This document shows positions 48,046-64,000 of a DNA stretch of 64,000 bases, piece by piece. Both the position numbers and the translations under genes were made by a program. The notes under the pieces were generated by a model that saw only the letters and a program-made list of their open reading frames with translations, had not been told where the DNA came from and did no database searches. The DNA comes from Sarea resinae (lineage: Eukaryota), in assembly GCA_026026165.1 (NCBI GenBank), contig JAPEUD010000081.1:1-64000 (forward strand), read 5' to 3'. Position 1 is the stretch's first letter. Every line of letters begins with the position of its first letter.

Positions 48046-48349
48046 ATTACTTGACTTTGCTTTGCTTTGCTTTCATTTAGTCGAAAAACTTGATTGGAAA
48101 TATATTTGTTTATAGCCCCTGTGTGTGGGTTGTACCGCCTGCCTAGACGATCCTATCCTTACTTGATCTGACCTGACCTGACCTAAATTGATATGATATA
48201 AATATATTATGATGTTACCCTAATGCAGCACCGCGCCGCACCGCACCGCATTATACGCCTGGACGAGAAACAACACTAACGAAAAGTAAAACAAGCCAAA
48301 ACAAGCAAGAGAAACAGACAGGAAACAAGAGGTCGCCTCAGATCCAGCC

Positions 48350-51364
<3,015 letters not shown>

Positions 51365-51974
51365 TGCTGGCTGGCTTGAAGCGCATAGACGCTATCGCCG
51401 TGATATCGAAAGAGATCGGAAGAGGAGATTCTATGACGACGGGAAATCATGCACCGTGAGACACTGAATATAAACTTAGTCTGAATCGTAATCTGGATGA
51501 AGTTGTATGGGATAGATGGAATGTTGACACATATCGCTGCCGATGGATGTCCAAAGGTGAACCGCGGGGCGAGGTCGCCTAGCTCGCTGGTGGTGGGGTT
51601 GCGTATGCTAAACATAACGAATAGCCCGAAGCGGACAGTTCCCCTACGGCCATGACATCCAACACTTACGAACTCGAATGGAAGGCTTCGACATGATATT
51701 AAAATTGCTAATTTCAGTACTCTGAATTGCATATGAGTATATGAGTGACAGGCTGTTTACGCAGAACGACTCCGTACAGAGCCCAAAGTAGGCTGCGCTC
51801 TTCCTGGTATCCCTAGGGGCCTCGAAAGTAAAGCCGTAGCTTCAACTAATCGCAACTTCGCTTTTTGCTTGCGCTGTTGACCGCTGATAGTGCAAGGGCA
51901 AATCATCACCTTAAAGCCACTCGGTGACAGTGAGAACATACCCAACCTGACAAGTCCGTCCTACCCTCTAAGTC

Positions 51975-52820
51975 TCACCTCCTCCCTTGTCCATATCCGC
52001 CGCCTGACAGGTTCGGATCGCCCGAAGTCCATGGCGAGCCCGCCGATACGTATGGTTTCTGATCTCTACCGCCCCCACTGCCAAACCGTCCGCGATCGAT
52101 CAACGGACCACCAGCGTGGCCAGCCCCTACCGCTGACCCTGCACCTGCACCTGCACCGTGACTATTTCCCCTCTCGTAAGGGCTTCTCTGACCCGAAGTA
52201 GCAGCGGAAGCTGCGCTTTGGGCCGGATTTGCCGAATCACCGCTCCAAAACCGAGCTTTGAGTCTGTCCCGCGCACTGGATCCCGAGCCAGCACTTGGAG
52301 GAGGTGACGGAGTGTATGCATCTCGAGCTGCCTGCTGCGCGAATTGACTCTGATAGCTGCCGGCCCTCTGACTCGGTAATGGCCTTGCTGCTGGAGGAGG
52401 GGCCAGCTCCTCACGTCGAGTCGATCCGTTGTGAAAAGAATTCGAGGAACCTCTGCCAATGGACGGACGCGAAGAAGGCCCTCGGCCACTCCTCAGTGAT
52501 AACGATGGCTCTTGCTGAGCTTGCTGTGGTGAATCCCAAAGATCACTCAATCCGCCACCGCTTCTGCCGACAACCGGTTGTAACCCTGGCCTCGGATTTG
52601 AGGTGACATACTGTGCGGGCGCAAGTTGTGGGGCCTTTGGATCTGGGGGCAGCCATGGTGGAAACGGACGGCCCTTTTCCGTGTAATATGCGCGAAGTGC
52701 TCGGGAGATGTGACTGTCATCTTCGGTATCGCCGTCAACTTCGTCGGAGAGGAGATTCCTCCGCAGCGAATTATATCGCGAGGTCGTAGTGGTGAGTATG
52801 GAGGAGAGATAGGAAGACAT
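51975..52820 (-). CDS. Mso1-like Sec1-binding exocytosis protein
   Basis: N-terminal DGDTEDDSHISRALRAYYTEKGRPFPPWL resembles the Mso1 Sec1-binding motif; the rest is low-complexity. Confidence 0.75.
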   Translation of the reverse strand: MSSYLSSILTTTTSRYNSLRRNLLSDEVDGDTEDDSHISRALRAYYTEKGRPFPPWLPPDPKAPQLAPAQYVTSNPRPGLQPVVGRSGGGLSDLWDSPQQAQQEPSLSLRSGRGPSSRPSIGRGSSNSFHNGSTRREELAPPPAARPLPSQRAGSYQSQFAQQAARDAYTPSPPPSAGSGSSARDRLKARFWSGDSANPAQSAASAATSGQRSPYERGNSHGAGAGAGSAVGAGHAGGPLIDRGRFGSGGGRDQKPYVSAGSPWTSGDPNLSGGGYGQGRR

Positions 52821-53404
52821 GATGGAAGGGTTTCTCTCCGAACTGAGGGCGACACAGCTCGTGGCAGAAGGAGCGCACGTCAGCGCATGTAGATGGCTCG
52901 GGAGAGCGCAGCAGACAGAGGATAGAAACTCTTCCTGAGATTGCGGTGGTCCAAGTCGTGTCACCAGTCTTGTGCAAGACACTTGAGGTAATCGACTATG
53001 AAGAAAATGAATTGATATCGATCAAATACCTGTGGTGTGGGCTGCTGGAAACGACCTGGGGGTAGGCGGACTCGCATGTTCAGTGTTTGGAGTGATGCAC
53101 GGGGTCGCCCGCGTCGGGCTTCAACATCACCGGCGCATGTATGTACTCCGGAGTACACTGGCGAGACCGGTCGACAACACTGTCTGCGCAATCTACGACT
53201 GGACGCAAATATATCACGACGCAACACGATTGGGGACATCAAGGATCCACTGAGATAGAATGAATGTATTGTCTATTAACGCCTATCGTTCCTTTTGTAG
53301 TGCTCGAGCAATAGAAAGCCGTAACAACATCATAATGCAGCCATTGATAACCAGTGCCAATGTCCCATGAATGCCTCTCCGACACGCCAAAGAAACCATA
53401 ACAA

Positions 53405-54517
53405 TCACGCATACGACGATACTCTTTCTTGTTCGGCCGGTTGGTTCTCCATTTCGTATTCGATCTCCACACGAGGGCCTGAATGAGACTGTCAGCAATG
53501 CAACGTGAAAAAGACCCAAGTAGCTTGGGATGTACCGACCTTTCTTTTTTGGTTTCGCCGGCGGCGGCGCCTTGCCTCTCTTCCTCTTGAGTCCGGCCTT
53601 CTTCGCAGCAGCAGCCTCTTCATCGTCGCTTTCGCTTGACTCATCGCTCTCTTCGTCCGAATCGCCTCCGCTCGCATCGGTGACGTCCTCATCACTGCCC
53701 AACCAATCCTCCAGGTCGTCCAGATCCTCCTCCTCGCCCTCGAGATCACTGACATACTCGACATCGCCGCCTTCATCTTCGAGCTCCTCTTCGTCCTCAA
53801 ACTCCTCTTCCTCTATCCCTTCGTCGAGATCCTCATCCCTAGTCCCTTCACCGCCTCTCTCCAGTCCTCGTAGAACCTTCTTCCAAACCCCTTCCTCAAC
53901 ATTCAGAGGCTTGTCCCCGTAGGCTCCACTCCGCAATCTTTCAATCAGCTCCCTCTCAATGGCCCTCTCGACCTTGGCAGCCGCTTCTGCTTTCCTCTCG
54001 CGAGTTTCTTCCCGACGCCTGACCTTGGGTGCCAACTTCGGAACAAGCTTCTCACCAAGTCGCGCCTCTTCTTTCGCCAATCGTTTCATGCGAATGCCGA
54101 CTTGTGTCAACCTCGTAAGTCTTTGCTTGCACTTGTGGATCATGAACTTGGGCCAGTAGATCAGTCGCTCGTCTATCTGCTCCAGAGCTTTCGCATAGTT
54201 GGAAGAAAGTCGGATTCGCTCCCACCACTTGGATGGCATGTGCGACCGCTCGATGGTTTTCATGTATAGATAGATGGCACCGGTCTCGGGATTAGAGCGG
54301 ATCGTGGCATATCGAGAATTCGCCAGAGGACACGACTGGCGGTTGCAAAGGCCTGTTACATTGTATTCGTTGCGACAGAAATTTTGGTCCTTGGTCGTCC
54401 TGAAACCAGACCGTCAGAGGCGGCCCTGTACCAGAAGCCAATGAGCCGAACTTACTTCAGTTTGAAGGAGCAAAATTGCTGGTTGATGACCTGCCAGACG
54501 ATCTCGTCTGAAGACAT
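53405..54517 (-). CDS. MAK16: Ribosome biogenesis protein Mak16
   Basis: [65 protein letters not shown], acidic tail, and final exon GPRVEIEYE; two introns. Confidence 0.95.
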
Positions 54518-54906
54518 GTTCAAAGGATTCGAGCGACCGTCTGTCGCTGTGCGAGGCAAAGGCAGCCAAGTCTTCCACGAGAAAGTGAAAACACAAAATA
54601 TTGGACTACGGCTGGCAAAACGAGTTGGCGCGCAGAAAGTTTCGGGCGGTCAGACATGGCGGTACCAAGACTACGCAGTCGCTTGGAATACTGTGGCACA
54701 GCATTCACGGCCAGAAGCCAGCCATCCCCTTTGCATGTTTCCTTGAATCACAACAAAACACAGAAAGTCAATCCCGAGCACGGAGGGCAATGCTAATTCT
54801 TATCTACGAATGTAGAACCCGCTAGCTACCTAATAATGCAAAGCGTCCTGTATCCACGCAAGCTATGCCAGCTCAACTTAACGCCAACGTATACCGCGAC
54901 TTACGT

Positions 54907-57900
54907 TCACCATCCCTCCATTTGTAAAGGACCGTCCCAGCCCTCTACTAATCCAGGATCGCCCCTGTAGCCAGTCCCTAACCCATCATCCTCCCATTCC
55001 ATATTCTCTAATTCCCTAGCGAAAAAGTCTCTCTCGGAGTCGAGGACACCCTTCTCGGCCCCCATCTGCTCAGGGTATCGTTTCAGGTTGAACCAGTGGG
55101 TTAGCGCTCGGAGAGCTTGCTCATGAGGTAGCGCATCCTCGACCTCTGCGTCAATGTCCGACCCTGCTAGCCAGTCGTCTCGGAGTTCTGGGTGGCAATG
55201 CAGATATATGGCAGTGATGACGCGCATGTTCGACTGCCGCCATTTTCGCCCACAGTAAGGGACTTGATTCTTAAAGAGCTTGAGAGTATAGAGGCGTAAG
55301 GTAGGCTGCGGTACTTTGAGAGCTTTGCGTAGAATCGTGGAAGATTTGTATTGAACCAAAAGCAGGTTGCGGTGGGCCTTGTTCTTGCAAATCTTTTGCA
55401 TGATGCGCAAATAGTTGATGGTGCTGAAGAAGTTGCGCCAAGAATAATTCGTTATCGGTTCGGCGGGAAGGTCGGACACGGGGTAGCCGAGCTCGTCCAC
55501 TTCAGGAGGGCCTGGCGCTGGAGGTGGAGCTTCTTCTGCTGAAGGAGAGGGGGCTTGTTTTCGGCGGAGCTGGACTACAGGTGGAGGGCATGCATCGTCG
55601 TCTTCCTCATCACTAGAGTCTACATCGAGCGGTTGATTGTCGGAATGAGCTTGACAGAAAGCGAAGAAGCTTGGCCGAATCAGCAAGAGAACGTTATTCC
55701 AGGTGAGATGACTCACCCAAGATCGTCGCGGTCAGTCTTCGAGTCTACCACTCTCTCTAGCTCCTGATGAGCGAAGAGCTTCAAGATGAGGGGTAGGTAA
55801 TTCGAATCGAGAAGTAGTTGGGTCATATACTCGAATTTAAGCACATCTGGCGAAATTAGAATTGGCACAAGCAGTGCATCCCTCGGTAGTACTTACGTGA
55901 TATTTTGAACCACTTAAGCAGCAATATGAGGAGGCCCGAGACTGCCTTCGCGGTGATTTCCTGTGATCTGACGGAGTCAAGTTCATCAATCATTTTCTGT
56001 GCGTCTTGCTGAGCAGCTTTTTCTTGTCCATTCTCGGTCCCATTCATTTGGCGTCTATTGACATTAGCGCCAGCTCTAGGTTGGCTAGCAGCCGCTGTAG
56101 GATCTTGCATTGGAAACCCCGGCCCATAGCCATTGGTGCCCATGCTACCGTTTGGTTGAGTCACAAGAGCAGTGACGTTTGCAAGGATCAGCTTAAGCAA
56201 GACGATAACCACCGACTGGAGATGAGGTAGGGCCTCTCTCTGGGAGACGTTAGCAATCTGCCTCCGATCTTCTGGGTTGCACCAACATAGAAATCATCAA
56301 CGGCAGCCAGTTTTTGATGGATATCTTGGTCGACCCTTTCCCTATCCGACGTTTCATCATCTTGTGCGGAAGCGTCAATCTCCGATGCATCCCTCAAATC
56401 ATCGTCTTCGGATTCAGCGCTTCCTGCTTCTCCCCAACCTCTTTCAAATCGGATGAATCGCTCCCTTTCCTTCCAAAGTTGCCTCATTGCACGAGTCGTT
56501 CGCATGCGACTTGCAAAGAGTTGACCAGCTTCCAGAATAGAAGCTGGGATGTCGCTTCCCTCCCACTTCTTCCCCACTAGGTCTTGCAAAACGGCATTGC
56601 CCTTCCCCCCAACGCTGTTACTGGAACCGTCAAGTGGTGGATATAGAAACGGAAAATTTTGATTCGTCTGATAGTTCTGCTTTTTCCCAGTCTTTCCACC
56701 CGGACCTGCTGGTGAAGGAGGTGGTGACGGTGCGGGAGTAGCAATATGGACTGGCTGATGAACTATCGAGCCACCTGTCCCGTTCAAACTTGAAGGCCAA
56801 CCTCGAGAGGAAAGGCCAACAGAGCTATTGCTTCTGCTGGAGCTGGCGGACAAGGGAGGGAGAATTGAATTGTTTTCGGGCTCAAAAGGTAAAAGGGGAG
56901 GAGGGGGATCGTAAGCCGGATACTTGGACGTAACCTCCTGACGAAAAAGATGGTAGTCTAAAGGAGACGCGGTGATGAGTGGATGACCCTGATCATCGGA
57001 TAAAGCCTCTGGCTTAGAGTGAGTGGCGGCCTTGACATCGTCGACAGCTTTTATGCCACCGAACAATAACAGTATAGACTTCCAGAACAAGAAAAGAATT
57101 TTCGTGACTGGAAGATCTGTCGAATCATTCCAGCGAAGTTTAGCAACCAACTTTAACAAAAAGATTAGATACTTTGGCTCGAGTGCAGCAATTTCGTCCT
57201 TTAAGTTCGTATCCTCATGCACTTCTGCATTGATCCTTCCAGCCTCAACGAGGAGATACATTACGGTCAGAGCATTTCTCAGCTCACGGCTTTCGGCTGC
57301 TTTGATGGATTGGTCTTGCTGCTCTCGATCAACCGGTGATAGTTCTGGATCCCTAGATCTGTGTCAGTAGTATCCTATGTCGATAAGACACGACAATCAT
57401 GCACTTACCATCCCCGCAAGCATGCGCCTCTCATAACGTCGAAGATAGGTTGGACACCCATATTGCCATAGACTAGCTCTGAGCCTATTATCATCCATTT
57501 CTTTTGCAGACCGGTGGTCGCATACGCCTCATCGGCTTTCGTCTCCTTGGATTCACCTTCTTCAATCAGGGGCTCTTCATCATCTTGATCGTCAATTTTC
57601 CTACCCGCTGTCTCTCTCCAGGCACCGAGAACGATATACAAGATTGACTCGAGACTCTGGCCTCTTCTGAAGATGTCGGGATGCTCCAGATCGGCCACCT
57701 GCTTGCCAACAAACTTCTTCCTTCGCGATTCTTCAGCCCGTATCCAAGAAGACGCGTTCTCATTTGGAGACTCTATGTCTGCGTTGAACTCCTGCCATCT
57801 TGCCTCGAAAGTTGTTTGTGCCCTGACGAGCCCTTCCTGCTCTTCCGCGCCGTACGAAAACCACTCCTCCAATTCCTCCGGAAATGGCGCAGTATCCTCG

Positions 57901-58322
57901 TAGACAAAGGCGTAAGGTGTTGGCTCATATTTCGGCATGTCCGTCACGATGCGTTTTAACTGCATCAGCGAAAGCGAATCAGTCGGGTTGCCAGGTTGTT
58001 CCTGTTGAGCCTGCTGGGCCTGCTGGGCCTGCTGTGGCACAGGAGGTAACTGTTGGGCCGGTGGAGGCTGGCTCTGATCTCGACGAAGCTGAGGTCGCGC
58101 CGGAAGAGGCAAGCTCTTCATGGGCATCGCTCGAGCGACGTCTTCCCGCAAGGAGGCAGGCTTGCCCTCCGTGATCTCCAGGTCATTGTCGTCGCTCACA
58201 GCCGCGCCCGCAACATCTGAGCTTGTTGTGCCAATGTTCGCACCCAGTTCGTCAACCTCGTCTGCTTTGACAATCACCGGCTGTCCTGAGACCGCGTCCG
58301 CAGACGCGTCTGCGGCGTCCAT
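54907..58322 (-). CDS. FAR11: STRIPAK subunit Far11/STRIP (ham-2-like)
   Basis: DSLSL.QL, EELEEWF.Y, ITASPLDY..FRQE..SKYP, YQTNQNFPFLYPP, PASILEAG.LF, LLLKWFK.S|HVLKFEY and PYCGRKWRQSNMRVITAIYLHC. Confidence 0.93.
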
Positions 58323-59068
58323 TGTTCCCACTCCCTCGCGACTCTAGTTGCGAAGGCCGCTGGAGCGCACGATATCGAAGATGCTCTCCCCAAAATCGCT
58401 CATCTTCCAACCATTATCGATCAAGAGTCATCCAAAGCAGTGGCTGGTCTCATGGAATTCCGGCTCGGGGGGTGCGTAATATTGATTAGGCTCGTCGCAG
58501 TTCCACTTGATAGTGACTGCCATGCCTATTCCGCGGGGCGCTGCAGCAGTTACCCTATGCGATAGATGATGATGGATCATTGATGGATGTTTCATAGGGT
58601 AAGGTAGCTAGGTACGACGTACTACATTGGATGATTTGGATGACTCCGTGACAAGTCTCTCTACGCAAAGCGAGCTTTGGAAGTATGCAGATTGTCTGTA
58701 GCGCCAAGTACCGGTACTACTGTACCAGCAAGGTGGCCTTCATGATTATTGCTGCATCTGATACATGACGGTCTCGGCATTCTGACTGCTCTAGGCAGCT
58801 TCTGGACCCAACTCCTCCTCTGTCTGCTGTTTCAACCCTTCGACTCACATCGACTCTCCCTGTATTCCATATCATCGACTCAGACAAAGACAGAAGAAAG
58901 ACACACAGAATGTTGCATCGCTGTTGAAAGAGAGCCTCTTGCCGAACACATCATCTTGGAGCCTTGGGGAAACCGTAGGACATGGTCTCACCTCGTCCGC
59001 GTAAGCCATTATTCCTCAAGGCAACCCGCCACTAATAAGCCGGCACTGTCGATGAATTTCCTTGAAGC

Positions 59069-62000
59069 ATGTCTTCCTCGCACCAGTATCATCACCCCGA
59101 CTCCGGTGGGCTTTCGACGGAACCAAATTCGGACTCGGATAACGACCTGGATCTCCAAGAACTGGACCCCATAACGTCGACCGCTGCGCCCACCTCACCC
59201 AGGTCATCTTCTCATTTTCTCCGGAGCTCCAAGGAAGAGCGCCGCGCCGATCAAGGACGTAACCGTGGTATAGCGCTGAGGAGCTTGAGAACCGGTGCCC
59301 GAAGAGCTCCGGGCGGAGCAGCAAGGAGATATGGACAGCTGGGTCAATGGGGACATTCCGATCAGGACGACCTCCAAGGGCTTTTGAACGACGAGGATGA
59401 CGCTGCAGCAAAGCGAGATTCGGCTGGCAGCTTCGGGACGACAGATGATGATGCTCCACTCCTGCAGGCACCAACCTCGGGGCGGAGGAGGACGGAGAGA
59501 GAAGATGGAGGACCTATATCGAGGCTAGGGTCGAGGATACGGCTTCCAAGTTTCATCTCTGCAGCATCAAGGCTGTCAGCTCAACTAGATGAATCCCCGC
59601 CAAGTCCGACCGTAGAAGAACACGATCCATCGTCCTCACGCACAATATTAGTGGGCCAAGCACAGCCAACGCGCTTCCCTCTGAATGCCGTTTCGAACGC
59701 GAAATATACCCCTTGGAGTTTCCTTCCACGAACCTTGTACAATGAATTTTCCTTTTTCATCAATCTTTACTTCTTACTTGTTGCCTTGTCGCAAATTATA
59801 CCCGCTCTGCGCATCGGATACCTCTCTACTTATATTGCACCACTGGCGTTTGTTTTGACGATCACACTGGGAAAGGAAGCAATAGATGACATTGCTCGAC
59901 GCAGAAGGGACTCGGAAGCCAATTCAGAAGGATATACTGTTCTACGATATGAGCAGGAGAGGGTCGACAGCGGAACGTTGCCCATGATGAAATTGTCAAA
60001 CCGTCTGCAACGGAAGGTCAAGAAGAGTAAAAGGAAGCCTCAGAATGGCGCTCGCGAACAAGGACGGATGACGGATATTGAAGAAGAGGAAGAGAACCTG
60101 CAAAGTGGCGAGGTGGATGACGGGCCAGCTTCAAAGTTCTACGAAGTCGTCAAGAGATCTCGAGATCTAAAAGTTGGCGACGTGGTCAAGCTGGGCAAGG
60201 ACCAGCGAGTACCGGCGGATGTGATAGTCCTAAAGAGCTATTCTAATGAGACTTCTGTTGCTGCCGCAGCATACGATGCTCCAGAGCCCGAGGCAGAGCC
60301 TCCGGCCCCACTCGTGGAGCCTCTTCTAGAGACGCCAGCTGCGGATATTCCTGCTACTGAAAATGGTGTTGCTGGACAACCTGCAGAAAAGAGCAATCCA
60401 TCAGCGGATGGGGGAAATGTCGGCGAAACTTTCATCCGAACGGATCAATTGGATGGAGAGACTGATTGGAAATTGAGGCTGCCATCTCCTCTTACGCAAG
60501 AGTTGGAGACAAGTGAATTCGTCCGCTTAAGAATCGTTGCGGGGAAGCCAGATAAGAGAGTGAATGACTTTGTCGGGACTCTTCAATTATTACCAAAGGA
60601 GCCAAAGCTCGACGGACCAGATGACCCCCGAAGAAAGAAGAGGACGGGACAGAATGACAGCTCTGTGGATGCTGATGGGCCAGAGCCAATGCCAGAAACG
60701 AAGTCTGCGTCTCTTACAATCGACAACACTGCTTGGGCAAACACGGTCCTTGCGTCCAATGCTACAACTCTCGCGGTCGTGGTATATACTGGATCGCAAA
60801 CCCGCCAAGCACTTTCCACATCCCCGTCCCGGTCAAAAACGGGCCTTCTCGAATTTGAAATCAATTCCTTGACCAAGATCCTCTGTATTATGACTCTCAC
60901 TCTCTCTATCATTCTGGTCGCTCTTGAAGGCCATCGGTCGAAAGAGGATCCTGAGTGGTACATTGCAATCTTAATCTACCTCATTCTGTTCTCCACTATC
61001 ATTCCCATCAGCTTGCGGGTGAATCTGGATATGGGCAAATCGGTCTACGCCTGGTTCATCGAACGAGACAAAGGGATTTCTGGTGCAGTTGTCAGAACTA
61101 GTACGATCCCTGAAGACTTAGGTCGGGTCGAGTACTTGCTCAGCGACAAGACTGGCACCCTCACTCAAAACGGTAGGTGCTTGCAACCTATTACCTATTC
61201 ATGTCACTAATTCAAGTGCAGAGATGGAATTGAAGAAGATTCATGTTGGGACTGTTTCCTACGCAAATGAAGCTATGGACGAAGTCTCGTCTTATGTCCA
61301 TCAAGCCTTTTCTAGCCCATCGTCGTCCGATGTCAACAAACCCTCGGCACTCATTACCCCGTCTTCTACCTATATTGCTTCTGCATCTACCGCCACTCGC
61401 ACTCGAAGAGAGATTGGCTCTCGTGTTCGAGACGTCGTTTTAGCGCTCGCACTCTGCCATAATGTTACGCCAACATCCGAAGAGGATGATGGCCATAGCA
61501 TCACAACCTATCAAGCCTCTTCGCCGGATGAGATCGCCATCGTTCGCTGGACTGAGAGTGTAGGTCTTCGTTTAGTTCATCGAGATCGTAAAGGCATGGT
61601 CCTTCAATCCGTCGAAACCGGTCGGGTTGTCGTGCGAGTGCGCATCTTAGACGTGTTTCCTTTTACCTCGGAAGGAAAACGCATGGGCATTATCGTGCAA
61701 TTCTTCGTCGGGACAGAGACTGTGTCTACTTCCCACGATGAACCGGGCGAGATCTGGTTCTATCAGAAAGGTGCAGATACCGTCATGACGTCTATAGTGG
61801 CCGCCAATGACTGGCTTGATGAGGAGACTGCAAACATGGCAAGAGAGGGACTTCGTACGCTTGTCGTCGGCCGCAAAAGGCTGTCGACGGAGAAATACCA
61901 GGAGTTCTCTTCCACTTACAAGCAGGCTTCGCTTTCTTTACAAGGTCGTGATGCTGGAATGGGTAAAGTAGTCAAGGAATACCTCGAAAGTGATCTCGAG

Positions 62001-63340
62001 CTGCTTGGTGTTACCGGTGTTGAGGACAAGCTTCAACAAGATGTCAAGCCTTCCCTTGAGCTTCTGCGCAATGCGGGCATCAAGATCTGGATGTTAACTG
62101 GCGATAAAGTGGAGACTGCACGCTGTGTAGCCGTCAGCGCCAAACTGGTCGCTCGTGGGCAGTATGTCCATACCATTTCCAAATGTGAGTGCTCATCTAC
62201 GTATCGAGCAACTTGCACCTTCTAACCGTCGAGCAGTACAACGGAAAGATCTAGCACAGGATTCTCTTGACTTCCTCCGCAGTAAGACGGATGCCTGTCT
62301 CCTTATTGACGGCGAATCGCTAGCTTTAATGCTGACGCACTTCCGGGAATCCTTCATCTCCCTCGCCGTACTTCTCCCCGCTGTCGTCGCCTGTCGCTGC
62401 TCCCCCACGCAGAAAGCAGAGGTGGCTAAGCTGATCCGCCAATACACCAAGAAACGAATCTGCTGTATAGGCGATGGTGGCAACGACGTCTCCATGATTC
62501 AAGCCGCAGATGTCGGCGTTGGCATCGTCGGCAAAGAAGGTCGTCAGGCCAGTCTTGCCGCTGATTTCTCCATCGAGCAGTTCTGCCACCTGACCAAGCT
62601 GCTGGTCTGGCACGGTCGCAACAGTTACAAGCGCAGTGCTAAGCTCGCCCAGTTCATCATTCATAGGGGGCTTATCATTAGTGTGTGCCAGGCCATGTTC
62701 AGCATTGCCAACAAGTTTAATCCCATTGCTCTGTATAGGGTTAGTTGAAACCACCTTCCTTGTTCTCCTTTTCCACCCTCCTAATTTACTTATACTAATT
62801 ACGTTCCCACAGGACTGGCTCCTCGTTGGTTATGCAACCGTCTACACCATGGCACCCGTCTTCTCCCTCGTCCTCGACAAAGACGTCCCCGAATCCCTCA
62901 CCCACATGTACCCCGAACTCTACAAGGACCTAACATCAGGGTCCTCGCTCTCCTACCGCACGTTCGCCATCTGGGTTGCCGTTTCCATCTACCAAGGCTC
63001 CCTGATCCAAGCGCTCTCTCAACTCCTAGTAGCGACGCAAGGGCCGCGCATGGTATCGGTGTCATTCACGGCGCTCGTGCTCAACGAGCTCATCATGGTC
63101 GCGCTCGAAATCACCACCTGGCACCCGGTCATGATCTTCAGTCTGCTGGGCACGGCCGTCGTCTATGCGGCCAGCGTGCCGTTTCTTGGCGACTACTTCG
63201 ATCTTCACTGGCTTGTCTCTTGGGCCTGGGTTTGGAGGGTTGTGGCTATTCTCGCCATCAGCCTGGTGCCGCCTTACGCGGTCAAGCTTGTCAGGCGCAC
63301 GCTGAGACCGCCTAGTTATCGGAAGGTACAGGGCTTGTGA
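59069..63340 (+). CDS. NEO1: P4-type phospholipid-translocating ATPase, Neo1/ATP9 class
   Basis: SNAKY, TDQLDGETDWK, IPISLRVN, SDKTGTLT (phospho-Asp), SPDE, KGAD, MLTGDK, CRCSPTQKA and GDGGNDVSMI; three introns. Confidence 0.95.
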
Positions 63341-64000
63341 TAGCTCGAGGAGATTTCTTTTTATTACCGTTGAAAGATTAGATTAGGCCAGCGACAAAAA
63401 TTGGAAGAACGGGGGGGACTTTTCCGTTTTGCTTGGTTCTTTTTGTTTTTTTAGTTTATAAGGGGGATCATTCGGCAGGCAGCATTTCGTGCATCTGGAG
63501 CGTCGGATAGGCCAGGCGCTTTTCTCCTTTCATCCATCTCATCTCTTCTGTCACTCTCACTCTCACTCTCATTTCTCTATCGCACGAAAGGGAGCGAGAC
63601 AAAGAGTTGGTGATGTTCATACCAATATGCACAATATGTAAAGATCGGCAGGGGATCGGGAAAAGAATAATCTACTTTAACGTCTTCGTTGCTCAATGGG
63701 ACAGTCTCGACTTTCTTCAACGGCTCGCTCGCTCCCTTGCTCGCTGGTGCGTAGGTGTGCGTATGCATGTATACAATTGAAGACTAGGAGTAAAGGACTA
63801 TCTATTTCCCAACCTCTAACCTGACATCGATGTTCCAATGGCTAGCTCGTGGCCACGGCATGACATATAGACCGTCCGCGGTTCTCCGAGAGGGGAGAGA
63901 AAGAACATCGGTGGTCGTTCGTTCCGTTTCGTTGGGCCGGGAGGTAGGTAAGGTAGCTTTCCTGTGCTACTGCTCCCTTTCTCCTCAGTCGGAAGCCTTT

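Noticed and set aside
63577..63768. 63-aa minus-strand ORF at the window end
   Set aside because: No recognisable motif or clear exon structure; may be UTR or part of a gene outside the window.

Overview
Fungal (filamentous ascomycete-like) genomic DNA with short GT-AG introns, in three zones. (1) 1-~9800 is a RIP-mutated repeat block. It holds a ~4.66 kb single-frame pseudogene on the minus strand (Zn-finger/DUF3505-like N-terminus, a central domain carrying a tyrosine-recombinase-like R..K..YRH..GH-x8-Y motif set, then a RecQ-like DECH helicase), a degraded hAT transposase, and a ~510 bp duplicated terminal segment with a recurrent 19-bp palindrome. (2) ~9800-30300 is an accessory-type block: MFS sugar transporter, decayed MFS gene, stand-alone retropepsin-like protease, S66/MccF-like peptidase, GH64 glucanase, A-T-R NRPS-like reductase, OPT transporter and DHA2-type MFS pump. 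(3) ~30600-63340 holds core genes (AIM32-like, MTQ1-like, LAT-family permease, mitochondrial LeuRS, formate dehydrogenase, unknown membrane protein, GYP7, MSO1-like, MAK16, FAR11, NEO1) separated by microsatellite-rich spacers. The top candidate for a new system is the recombinase-helicase element with its palindromic sites. All calls come from manual translation and motif recognition; no database searches were run.
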